Assembly: GCF_905480005.1 (NCBI RefSeq)
Contig: NZ_CAJQOO010000047.1
Span: forward strand, 351-64,350
Source: an uncultured Maricaulis sp.
GTDB taxonomy: Bacteria; Pseudomonadota; Alphaproteobacteria; Caulobacterales; Maricaulaceae
Reading direction: 5' to 3'
DNA length: 64,000 nucleotides
Position 1 is the stretch's first letter. Every line of letters begins with the position of its first letter. A model generated the notes under the pieces. That model was not told the DNA's origin. It did no database searches and saw nothing but the letters and a program-made list of their open reading frames with translations. Positions 38,301 through 45,772 of the stretch are shown piece by piece. The position numbers and the translations under genes are program-made.

Positions 38301-38809
38301 CCTGACAGGATTTCGAAAAGCGAGGCACTGTCATCACCGCCACGCTCCGGCAGGCGGGCGCTCGCCGCAACCCGCTCCACGCCGCCCAGTCCTGCACCAA
38401 CGGCGCCATCGGCCCGGCGTACGATAGAGACGGATCCGCCATCAATTGTGAGTTCAACCGGCTCGACCCGTCCAAAAATGAGGGCATCGACGGCCAGGCC
38501 AGCCTCGATTCGCGGCGCGCGGGTCACCACTTCACCCGAGGCCTCGGCCACAGTCACATCGGTCGCCATCATGACGATAGCGCGGGTCGAGGGATCAAAG
38601 CGGGCTTCCAGCGTTCCCAGGGCCACGACCTCGCCCTCGAACGCCGACGCCAGCATGGCCTGGGCGTCCTCGCGCAGAAAATCGAGCTCGACTGGACCTG
38701 AGGACAGGCGCCAGAGGACGAATCCGATCGCAAAAATGGTCAGCGCCAGCAAGGCCGCGACGGCCTCTAGCAGGTAGATCAACGTCCATTTGACGGATTT
38801 GCGCAGCAT
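35321..38809 (-). CDS. Large AsmA-like / YhdP-type (DUF3971-like) inner-membrane-anchored envelope protein
   Basis: 1162 aa with a single N-terminal TM ([26 protein letters not shown]), then a long beta-rich periplasmic region and a Pro/Glu-rich tail. The family call is by overall architecture only. Confidence 0.7.
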   Translation of the reverse strand: MLRKSVKWTLIYLLEAVAALLALTIFAIGFVLWRLSSGPVELDFLREDAQAMLASAFEGEVVALGTLEARFDPSTRAIVMMATDVTVAEASGEVVTRAPRIEAGLAVDALIFGRVEPVELTIDGGSVSIVRRADGAVGAGLGGVERVAASARLPERGGDDSASLFEILSGPDAPAQLGRLRRVNVANAAVRVVDDVVGLAWFVDSAGVVFERDDARILAEIEGRLATPSGFAPVSLRLRAGNNLESLLLEARFEGLSPAGILPDSGPAASLRALDAPINLNLVVDATRDSGIRTASMQMDVGQGQILVDGQTHAFEGANLYASFDPVEAVMTLHSGRVRSDLFAASVEGRLTEIGRYDGVLPTRARFELAIGEGFIDMGPVFERAPQWELLAASGDVRLDEFALTLDRLDVVVDTIRAELSGGLQLQQGEDGNWLPNLQLAGPIAGDIQPQTVLAYWPVELADGAREWVSEGILGGRFYNARFDLDLPAAAIEAGRMDNDRMRLSFDFEDAHVRYISTMTPITEGRGSAVLHGNAFEVAMESGMIGDIALSEGFVDMPRLNPKGAIAGYGGVARGEAADLLALIDEDPLFLVSDYGLDPTLVGGQGEMRFEIRRAMLTEVDPEDIPFFIEGRFTDASLDIPGTDYALSDGDVVITASQEGLEARGTARLFDAPVQINWRETFGLPDAEPSTRIGLEATINARTLDRFNMPARRYLDGSIRIAAEAVSDGLEFRSVDIEADLVDALIEAPGGVWTKEAGAPGRATLSLTQTDDGGFDLDAIRLEAEGAALEASARIAANGALREIEADRIFVADLMDIAGQIRPADEVGEPLRMRLTGQYADISSIVPHITSMGGEGGITLPLSLQVDVGRLILSENSVLDQFNLIWRSEEAGIRAVSISGNAMDGPFQAFFGATEPGGPRDFRIEAQSLERLSALIGIEGYARGGLVSVLGSAPPLGIQGPLTARVEIRDLTLVQVPVLARILAAGSFQGLGALLNGEGISFDAVDADIAWESGLLTIGDARARGSALGVTASGTVDFAGSLAAIDGNLAPSYVINSLFGGVPLIGEVLVSRPGEGVIGITYSVEGPFDSLTVFANPLSALAPGVLRRMFEGTAAERAARERENAPAVPETEPAEEGPADTVVTEPQPGPEPIDDAGADNEN

Positions 38810-38912
38810 TCAGACCGGCCTTCCCGCAGTCCGAGCACTGGACGTGTCGGCCCGGAGACGCACATTACACGCCGAGACCGGCCTTGCAGTCGAAACCAGA
38901 CGGGGAAATGAC

Positions 38913-39383
38913 ATGAGTGAACTCAAAACCGGCGACCTTGCTCCGACTTTCAAACTGCCCGCCGATGGCGGAGAGACTATCGATCTGGCCGAGCTGCGCG
39001 GTCAGATCGTCGTGCTTTACATGTACCCCAAGGACAATACACCGGGTTGCACCACTGAGGCCCTCGATTTTACCGCTGCGGCAGACGCCTTTTCCGATGC
39101 TGGCGCCATTGTTATCGGCCTGTCCAAGGATAGCGTCAAAAAGCATGACAATTTCAAGGCCAAACATGGGTTGCAGGTGCGTCTCGCCTCCGACGAGGAC
39201 AACGTCGTCATCGAAGCCTACGGGTCCTGGGTCCTCAAGAAGCTCTATGGGCGCGAATATATGGGCATTGATCGCTCGACATTCGTGATCGATCGCGAAG
39301 GCCGCATCGCTCGCATCTGGCACAAGGTGAGAGTGAAAGGTCATGTCGACGAGGTCCTCGACGCCGTGCGCGCCCTTGGCTGA
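38913..39383 (+). CDS. bcp: Thioredoxin-dependent peroxiredoxin Bcp
   Basis: 156 aa from MSELKTGDLAPTF. Peroxidatic Cys in KDNTPGCTTEA. The track start 38790 is an upstream extension. Confidence 0.92.
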   Translation: MSELKTGDLAPTFKLPADGGETIDLAELRGQIVVLYMYPKDNTPGCTTEALDFTAAADAFSDAGAIVIGLSKDSVKKHDNFKAKHGLQVRLASDEDNVVIEAYGSWVLKKLYGREYMGIDRSTFVIDREGRIARIWHKVRVKGHVDEVLDAVRALG

Positions 39384-40191
39384 CATCCAGGATATCACCG
39401 CTCTGGCCCGCAGCGTCCTGGCGACCGGCGATCCGGTGGCCAAGACCGAGCGGGCCCATGAGGTTGCGCAGCGATGGCGCGCAGGTAAGAGCCCCGTGCC
39501 GGAAACGGCGCCCGCGCCGGATGATCAGCCCGCGCGGCCGGCTCACCCGGTGCTGGTCGCGCCGGTCGATGTGCCACGCCGTCGACTGAACACGGTTCCG
39601 GGTCGGATCGCCTTGCTGCATGCGGTCGCCCATATCGAGTTCAACGCCATCGACCTGGCCTTCGACATGGTGGCGCGCTTTGCCTGCGACATGGCGCTGG
39701 CGCAGGACGCCCGGCAAACCTTCATTGATGACTGGATCAGCGTCGGCGATGACGAGGCCCGCCATTTCCGCCTGATCACGGACAGGCTCGCCGAGCTTGA
39801 TGCGCGCTATGGGGACTTGCCGGCACATAATGGCCTGTGGGACGCAGCCATGGCGACCCGCGATTCCCTGCCGGCCCGCCTCGCCGTCGCCCCGCTCGTG
39901 CTGGAAGCGCGCGGGCTTGATGTGACACCCGGCATGATCAACCGGCTGGTCTCTGCCGGCGATACCATCAGTGCCGACTGTCTTCGCGTCATCTATGCAG
40001 AAGAAGTCGGCCATGTCGCAGCCGGCGCACGCTGGTTCAAGCATGTCGCTGCCCGCGCCGGACGCGATCCGGTAGACTGGTTCAAAACCCTTGTGCGGCA
40101 TCACTTCAGTGGCGGTCTGAAACCACCCTTCAATGCCGAAGCACGACTGCGGGCTGACTTGCCCCCGGAATTTTACCAAGACCTAACCTAG
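39343..40191 (+). CDS. Ferritin-like di-iron protein, DUF455 family
   Basis: Motifs HAVAHIEFNAIDLA, GDDEARHF (ExxH), LEARGLD and YAEEVGHV (ExxH). Start uncertain: ATG 39343 overlaps bcp by 41 nt, or TTG 39376 overlaps it by 8 nt. Confidence 0.7.
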   Translation: MSTRSSTPCAPLADIQDITALARSVLATGDPVAKTERAHEVAQRWRAGKSPVPETAPAPDDQPARPAHPVLVAPVDVPRRRLNTVPGRIALLHAVAHIEFNAIDLAFDMVARFACDMALAQDARQTFIDDWISVGDDEARHFRLITDRLAELDARYGDLPAHNGLWDAAMATRDSLPARLAVAPLVLEARGLDVTPGMINRLVSAGDTISADCLRVIYAEEVGHVAAGARWFKHVAARAGRDPVDWFKTLVRHHFSGGLKPPFNAEARLRADLPPEFYQDLT

Positions 40192-40292
40192 TCCGGCGCA
40201 TCTCTTGCATCGCACTTGTTGATATTGCCCCCGGTTTTGTGTCACATGCTCGGCTTGGGGCCCGGGGCAATCGGAACAGAGCGGCGTACTGA

Positions 40293-41534
40293 ATGTTCAC
40301 TAGAGTTAAAGAAGCTGTTTGGGGAACGGCTCAGCGTTGGTTTCCGGACCGACAGATCTACCATCGCTCCGATGGGCAGGTCCGCTATTTTGCGATCTCC
40401 ACGACAATCCAGATTTCCGCGCTTCTGAGCGCGTCGGTACTGGCTGGCTGGCTTTGTTTCTCAACCGTTTCGGTGGCCTTCCATGGCCAGGCGATGGCGG
40501 CGAAGGAAGACGAGATTGAGCGTGAGCGCCTCGAGTCGCACCGCCTCGTCGCCGAAGCACGCGCCACCGAGGCGACCGCCATATCGCTGATGGAATCGCG
40601 GATGGAGGAGTTTGACCGGACCGCCTACGAATTCCAGATGCGCCACGAGACCCTGCGTCAGCTCGTCGAGTTTGCCGAGCAATTGACCGGTCAGGAAATG
40701 GAACCCTCCCCGGCGCTCGCCGATGGACGGGTGCTGATGGCCGCGACGCCCGCTGACCCGACACCACGTGAAGGACGTGACCCGCTGGTCGCCATCGCCG
40801 CCACCGCGTCCGGTGAGCCGGAGGACCAGATCACCTTCCTCATGGGAGAACAGGACAGTGTCCTGGCCCAGGCCGAGGATGCGACCGAAGCCCGGCTGCA
40901 AAACCTGCGCGCGGTCCTGCGCCTCACCGGGTTGAACCTGGAAGATGTGATCGCGGACAATCGTGACACCACCGAGACGGGCGGCCCTTTCATTCCGATA
41001 ACCGAGTCCGGCGCCTTCGCCTCGTCCTCGGTCAATATCGACCAGGCCTTCTCCAGCCGCATCGCCCGCATCGCGTCGCGCCTCCTGGAGGTGGAAGAGC
41101 TGGAAGACTTCGTCGAAGCGGGCCCGTTGGGCGAGCCGGTCGGCGACACCTATCGTCAAACCAGTGATTTCGGCGTGCGGATTGATCCGTTCAATGGTCG
41201 ACCGACTTCGCATCGCGGAATGGATTTCGCCGCCTACCGTCGCGCCCCGATCGAAGCAACGGGTCCGGGACGGGTCATTTACGCCGGCTGGCGGGGCGGC
41301 TATGGTCGCACGGTGGAGATTGATCATGGCTACGGCTTCGTGACGCGCTATGGGCATCTTCATGAAATCGACGTGCGGCGTGGTGATACAGTCGAACGCG
41401 GTCAGCGTATCGGGGGGATGGGGTCCACGGGACGCAGTACGGCCACGCACCTGCACTATGAAATCTGGTATAACGGATCGGCTATCGATCCTGAGCGTTT
41501 ATTGAGAGCTGGCCAATATGTTCAACAAGGGTAA
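40293..41534 (+). CDS. M23/LytM-family peptidoglycan metalloendopeptidase: cytoplasmic tail, TM, coiled coil, catalytic domain
   Basis: TM segment ISALLSASVLAGWLCFSTVSV. The C-terminal LytM domain has intact ligands HRGMD (HxxxD) and HLHYE (HxH). Confidence 0.88.
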   Translation: MFTRVKEAVWGTAQRWFPDRQIYHRSDGQVRYFAISTTIQISALLSASVLAGWLCFSTVSVAFHGQAMAAKEDEIERERLESHRLVAEARATEATAISLMESRMEEFDRTAYEFQMRHETLRQLVEFAEQLTGQEMEPSPALADGRVLMAATPADPTPREGRDPLVAIAATASGEPEDQITFLMGEQDSVLAQAEDATEARLQNLRAVLRLTGLNLEDVIADNRDTTETGGPFIPITESGAFASSSVNIDQAFSSRIARIASRLLEVEELEDFVEAGPLGEPVGDTYRQTSDFGVRIDPFNGRPTSHRGMDFAAYRRAPIEATGPGRVIYAGWRGGYGRTVEIDHGYGFVTRYGHLHEIDVRRGDTVERGQRIGGMGSTGRSTATHLHYEIWYNGSAIDPERLLRAGQYVQQG

Positions 41535-42075
41535 CAAAGACTCTTCGTCTCCCGACACCGGTGCGTTCAGCGCCGCCCCGAAAAGGACCGCCATGAAATC
41601 GAAAGCCCCCTCCATTCTTTCCGGTGACCTCGTTCTGACCGGTACGATCGTTTCCGACGGTGAAATCCAGCTGGATGGCACGGTTGAGGGCGATGTGCGT
41701 GCGGGCTCGCTGATTATTGGCGAAGACGCCACCGTATCCGGCGAAGTCCAGGCAGAGACCGTGGTCATTCGTGGCCGCGTGAGCGGCAGCGTTCGCGCTC
41801 GCCAGGTTCAACTGGCGTCGACGGCTCGCATCGAGGGCGATATCGTCCACGCTGCCCTGTCGGTGGAAAGCGGCGCCTTCTTTGATGGTCATTGCCGTCA
41901 CTCGTCCGACCCGCTCAAGGATGGCGGCTCATCGAGCAAGCCGGCCACGGCCAAGGATAATGGTTCCAAGTCCGAGCCGTCCGCGAAAGCCGACAGCAAA
42001 CCCCCGGCCCCGTCCAAGGGACAGGACCCGCTGGGTTCGCTTGAGCCGCCGGTCGCGAGCAAGTCAGGCTTCTAG
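41518..42075 (+). CDS. Bactofilin (polymer-forming cytoskeletal protein)
   Basis: MFNKGNK... N-terminus. Repetitive beta-helix core (G.I.S.GEI.LDG.VEGDV.A..L.IGE.A.V.GEV.AE.VVIRG.V.G) and a Pro/Ser/Lys-rich tail. The start overlaps the M23 gene by 17 nt. Confidence 0.9.
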   Translation: MFNKGNKDSSSPDTGAFSAAPKRTAMKSKAPSILSGDLVLTGTIVSDGEIQLDGTVEGDVRAGSLIIGEDATVSGEVQAETVVIRGRVSGSVRARQVQLASTARIEGDIVHAALSVESGAFFDGHCRHSSDPLKDGGSSSKPATAKDNGSKSEPSAKADSKPPAPSKGQDPLGSLEPPVASKSGF

Positions 42076-42100
42076 CCGACTGCGACATCAATCAGAAAAA

Positions 42101-42130
42101 CCGGCGCTCCGTTCGAGCGCCGGTTTTTTT
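42101..42130 (+). terminator. Rho-independent terminator of the M23-bactofilin unit
   Basis: AAAAA-CCGGCGCT-7 nt-AGCGCCGG-TTTTTTT, 26 nt after the stop. Confidence 0.9.
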
Positions 42131-42278
42131 GTGCCCGAGCCTCACCGATCGCGCGTCCCTGGGCAGTCGATTCGCAACAAACTGATATCATTCCGGGATT
42201 CCGCACCCGTGCGCCACATGGTCAGCTCGAGACCGAGCCTTGGTAGACAGGTTTGTATTTTAAACTTGTCTATGCTAA

Positions 42279-43526
42279 ATGATCGGCAACACACAAATGG
42301 AGCCCTTCATGTCCCTTCCACCATCACCACGGATCCATGCGCTTGATGCGGTCCGCGCCTCAGCCCTGTTTCTCGGTGTCGTGCTGCACGCATCAATGTC
42401 TTTCATCCCCGGAATACCGATCTGGATCGTCCAGGACAGCCAGGCGAGCGCCGGCTTCAGCCTAGGTTTCTTCGTCCCCCATATCTTTCGGATGGTGTTG
42501 TTCTTCATGATCGCCGGATATTTCGCGCGCATGGCACTCGGCAGACGCGGCGTGCTCGGCCTCGCGCTCGACCGGGCCAAACGCATCGCCCTGCCGCTGG
42601 TCACTTTATGGATGCCGATCTTTGCCTTGATCGTGACCGTCGCCATCTGGGGTGCGATCAAGGCCAATGGAGGCGAAGCGCCGCAGCAGGAAACCCCACC
42701 CCTGACCGCGCAAAACTTCCCGCTGACCCATTTGTGGTTCCTCTACCTCCTGGTGATCTTCTACGCTGTCAGCCTGCCCCTCGCCGCGCTGATCCGGCTT
42801 GTGGACCGGTCTGACAGAAGCGGCCGTCTGATAGATGCGGTGACAGGCCTTCTGGCCCGCTCCCCGCTAGGCACACTGGTGCTGGCAGCGCCCATCGCGG
42901 CCTCGTTTGTGACAACGCCGATGTGGATGAGCTGGTTTGGCATTCCGACGCCAGACACCGGCCTCATCCCCAATACCGGTGCCCTGATCGCTTATGGCAC
43001 TGCTTTCGCAGTTGGCTGGGCCGCCCATCGCTGCAGCGATCTGGTCCTCACGGCATGGAAGCGCGCCTGGCATGTCAATCTCGTGATCGCTGTCGGGCTG
43101 ACGATCTGGCTCGTCATGGAGCTTGGTGTGACGCCGAACTTCATGCCGGTCGCAGCCGGGCTCGACCGTTTGCCGGTTGCCGCCGCCTATACACTGGCGA
43201 TCTGGACCTGGACCTTCGGTTTGACCGGGGCGGCTCTCGTGGTCTTCACGCGCGAAAACAAGATCTGGCGCTATCTCGCGGATTCCTCCTACTGGGTGTA
43301 TCTCCTGCACCTGCCGCTGGTGATGGCCTTCCAGGTCGCCCTGTCAGATGTCGCCCTGCCCGGCGCGATCAAGCTGGCAATCGTGCTCGCAGCCAGTTTT
43401 GCCATCCTGCTCGGCAGCTATCACCTCATCGTCCGCAAGACCTGGATTGGTGGCTGGCTGAACGGGCGGCGACTGGGGAAAGCCGCTCAGGACACGCCCG
43501 GTTTAACGGCTGATACGCCCGGATGA
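42279..43526 (+). CDS. Acyltransferase-3 family membrane protein (OpgC/OafA-like)
   Basis: 415 aa with about 10 TM segments. N-terminal LDAVRASALFLGVVLH block, typical of acyltransferase 3. Alternative starts lie at Met7 and Met11. Confidence 0.78.
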   Translation: MIGNTQMEPFMSLPPSPRIHALDAVRASALFLGVVLHASMSFIPGIPIWIVQDSQASAGFSLGFFVPHIFRMVLFFMIAGYFARMALGRRGVLGLALDRAKRIALPLVTLWMPIFALIVTVAIWGAIKANGGEAPQQETPPLTAQNFPLTHLWFLYLLVIFYAVSLPLAALIRLVDRSDRSGRLIDAVTGLLARSPLGTLVLAAPIAASFVTTPMWMSWFGIPTPDTGLIPNTGALIAYGTAFAVGWAAHRCSDLVLTAWKRAWHVNLVIAVGLTIWLVMELGVTPNFMPVAAGLDRLPVAAAYTLAIWTWTFGLTGAALVVFTRENKIWRYLADSSYWVYLLHLPLVMAFQVALSDVALPGAIKLAIVLAASFAILLGSYHLIVRKTWIGGWLNGRRLGKAAQDTPGLTADTPG

Positions 43527-43540
43527 ATCAAGTCATAATG

Positions 43541-43567
43541 CCGGCGCGCCCCTCTCGGGCGCGCCGG
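43541..43567 (+). terminator. GC-rich hairpin after the acyltransferase gene (possible terminator or attenuator)
   Basis: CCGGCGCGCCC-CTCTC-GGGCGCGCCGG 11-bp perfect stem with no U-tract. It lies 21 nt upstream of the next ATG. Confidence 0.4.
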
Positions 43568-43587
43568 ACCTTATCCGAGGACACTCC

Positions 43588-44205
43588 ATGACTGATGAAC
43601 TCGCCAACGCCCGAGCCGATCTTGCATTCCTGCGCACGCTCGCCGAAGGCGACCCCCGGCCCTCGGCCGGTACAGGCCTGTTATTGATGGCCGCTGGCTC
43701 CCTTTACGGGCTTGAAACCCTGATCCACTGGCTCGGTGTCAGCGAATTCATTCCCGTGCCCGGCTGGGTCCATATGGCAGCCGCCATCGGCGCGACCGGC
43801 GGTTTCCTCCTCTTCCTCGTCTTCGTGCTCTGGTGGGATCGAAACCAGCCAACCGGCACGGCGATGCGCAAGGCCTATGAGACCGCTTTCCAGGCCGTCG
43901 GACTGGCAAATTTGGCCATGGTTTTCGTATTTGGATTCAATGCACTAAAAACCAACGACTTCATGCTCTGGCTCTATTATGTGCCGGTTGTCTTCGCCAT
44001 GCAGGGCGCGGCCTGGTTTGTCGCTGCCCGGGTCCAGAAACGGATCTGGTTCGGTGCGGTGGCGTTGGGCTGGTTCCTGTCCGCCGCAGCCCTGGGCCTG
44101 ACCATGGGCCAGCCGGCATTCAATCTCGTCACGTCGGTCTCATTGCTGGGCTTGATGGCCTTGCCGGGATTTGTGCTGTGGCGACAGGCCCGCGCGGCCG
44201 ATTGA
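43588..44205 (+). CDS. Hypothetical polytopic membrane protein
   Basis: 205 aa with about 5 hydrophobic segments. Gene-like codon bias. Followed 10 nt later by a wHTH regulator gene. Confidence 0.6.
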   Translation: MTDELANARADLAFLRTLAEGDPRPSAGTGLLLMAAGSLYGLETLIHWLGVSEFIPVPGWVHMAAAIGATGGFLLFLVFVLWWDRNQPTGTAMRKAYETAFQAVGLANLAMVFVFGFNALKTNDFMLWLYYVPVVFAMQGAAWFVAARVQKRIWFGAVALGWFLSAAALGLTMGQPAFNLVTSVSLLGLMALPGFVLWRQARAAD

Positions 44206-44215
44206 CCGACCCGCG

Positions 44216-44542
44216 ATGAGCACGCCCCCCATCGGACAGATTGACGAGATCATTCACGGCCGCCTCAGGCTCGGAGTGATGACCTATCTCGCGCAAGCCG
44301 AAGCCGCCGATTTCAACGAGTTGAAGACCGCCCTGGAAGCGACCCAGGGCAATCTCTCGGTTCATCTGCGGAAGTTGGAAGAAGCCGGCTATGTCACGAT
44401 CGAGAAAAGCTTCCTCGATCGCAAACCCCTCACCCGTGTCAGACTCTCGGCGTCTGGACGCGCTGCCTTCCGCGGCTATGTGGAAGCCATGGCGGCCCTG
44501 TTGGGCAAGCTGGACAATGAGGGTGGCGGCGCCGAAGGCTAG
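44216..44542 (+). CDS. Small winged-helix transcriptional regulator (ArsR/MarR-like 'HTH_34'-type)
   Basis: 108 aa from [40 protein letters not shown] recognition-helix pattern. The track start 44171 overlaps the upstream gene. Confidence 0.78.
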   Translation: MSTPPIGQIDEIIHGRLRLGVMTYLAQAEAADFNELKTALEATQGNLSVHLRKLEEAGYVTIEKSFLDRKPLTRVRLSASGRAAFRGYVEAMAALLGKLDNEGGGAEG

Positions 44543-45667
44543 GCCTCGTCGTCATCGCCGCCGACGCGGGCCGCCAGGGCCGCAGCCATGAATTCATCCA
44601 GGTCACCGTCGAGGACACCGCCCGTATTGGACGTTTCCACATTGGTACGCAGATCCTTGACCATCTGGTAGGGCTGCAGGACGTAGGAGCGGATCTGATG
44701 CCCCCAGCCAATCTCGCTCTTGCTGTCGGCCTCGGCCTGGGCCGCGGCTTCGCGGCGCTGAAGCTCGATCTCGTAGACACGGGCGCGCAACATGTCCCAG
44801 GCCTGGGACCGGTTCTTGTGCTGGGACCGGTCATTCTGGCACTGCACGACGACCGCTTTTTCCTCGCCCGGCATGTCGTAGGTCAGGCGGACGGCTGAGT
44901 CGGTCTTGTTGATGTGCTGACCGCCGGCGCCGGAGGCGCGATAGGTATCGGTGCGCACTTTCGAGACATCGATATCCACGTCGATCGCATCATCGATCTG
45001 CGGATAGACGCCGACCGAGGAGAAGCTGGTATGGCGGCGGGCGCTGGAATCAAAGGGTGAGATCCGCACCAGTCGATGCACCCCGGTCTCGGTTTTCAGC
45101 CAGCCATAGGCGTTCTCGCCCTTGACCAGGATGGTCGTCGATTTGAGACCCGCTTCCTCGCCGGCCTGCTCTTCCATGATCTCGACCTTGTGGCCATGCG
45201 CATTGGCCCAGCGCGAATACATGCGCGCGAGCATGGCAGCCCAGTCCTGGCTCTCGGTGCCGCCGGCACCGGAATGGATCTCCACGAAGGCATCATTGCC
45301 GTCAGCCTCGCCGGAGAGCAGCGTCTCCAACTGGGCCCGGCGCATGCGATCGGCAAGCCGGTTGAGACCGGCGACAGCCTCCTCGACCATCTCCCCGTCA
45401 TCTTCCATCTCGGCGAGCTCGATGATTTCGAGACTGTCGGAGAGTTCCTGTTCGGATTCGACGACCGTATTGATGGCGCTGTCCAGCCGATTGCGCTCGC
45501 GCATCAGCGCTTGCGCCTGCTGCGGCTGGTTCCAGAAGTCGGGATCTTCCGACTTCGCATTCAATTCATCGAGACGTTTCTGGGCCGTATCCCAGTCAAA
45601 GACGCCTCCTCAGCAGGCCAACTGCCTGCTGGATTTCGTCGGACAGGGTCTGGATGTCAGCACGCAT
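44539..45667 (-). CDS. prfB: Peptide chain release factor 2, expressed via programmed +1 ribosomal frameshift
   Basis: The main ORF has SPF (RISPFDS) and GGQ ([10 protein letters not shown]). The N-terminal 23 codons ([23 protein letters not shown]) start at 45667 in another frame and end at an in-frame TGA (45598-45596). A +1 shift at CTT-T-GAC joins them to ...[22 protein letters not shown]. Confidence 0.95.
45595..45610 (-). promoter_or_regulatory. prfB +1 frameshift cassette (internal SD + slippery CTT + TGA C)
   Basis: The minus strand reads AGGAGG CGT CTT TGA C. The spacing is the same as E. coli AGGGGG TAT CTT TGA C. Confidence 0.92.
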
Positions 45668-45772
45668 GGGCGTTCAATCCTGCGATTCTTGAAAAAGCAT
45701 GTCGTGGAAACGGGATAATCAGAGCGGCCTGCCGAGACAAGTCATCGCATGCAGGCCGAGGTGCCGATGCGA

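Noticed and set aside
8070-38809. Two ORFs of identical length in the track (1162 aa: 8070-11558 and 35321-38809).
   Set aside because: Coincidence. The sequences are unrelated, and the first shrinks to 1058 aa after start correction.
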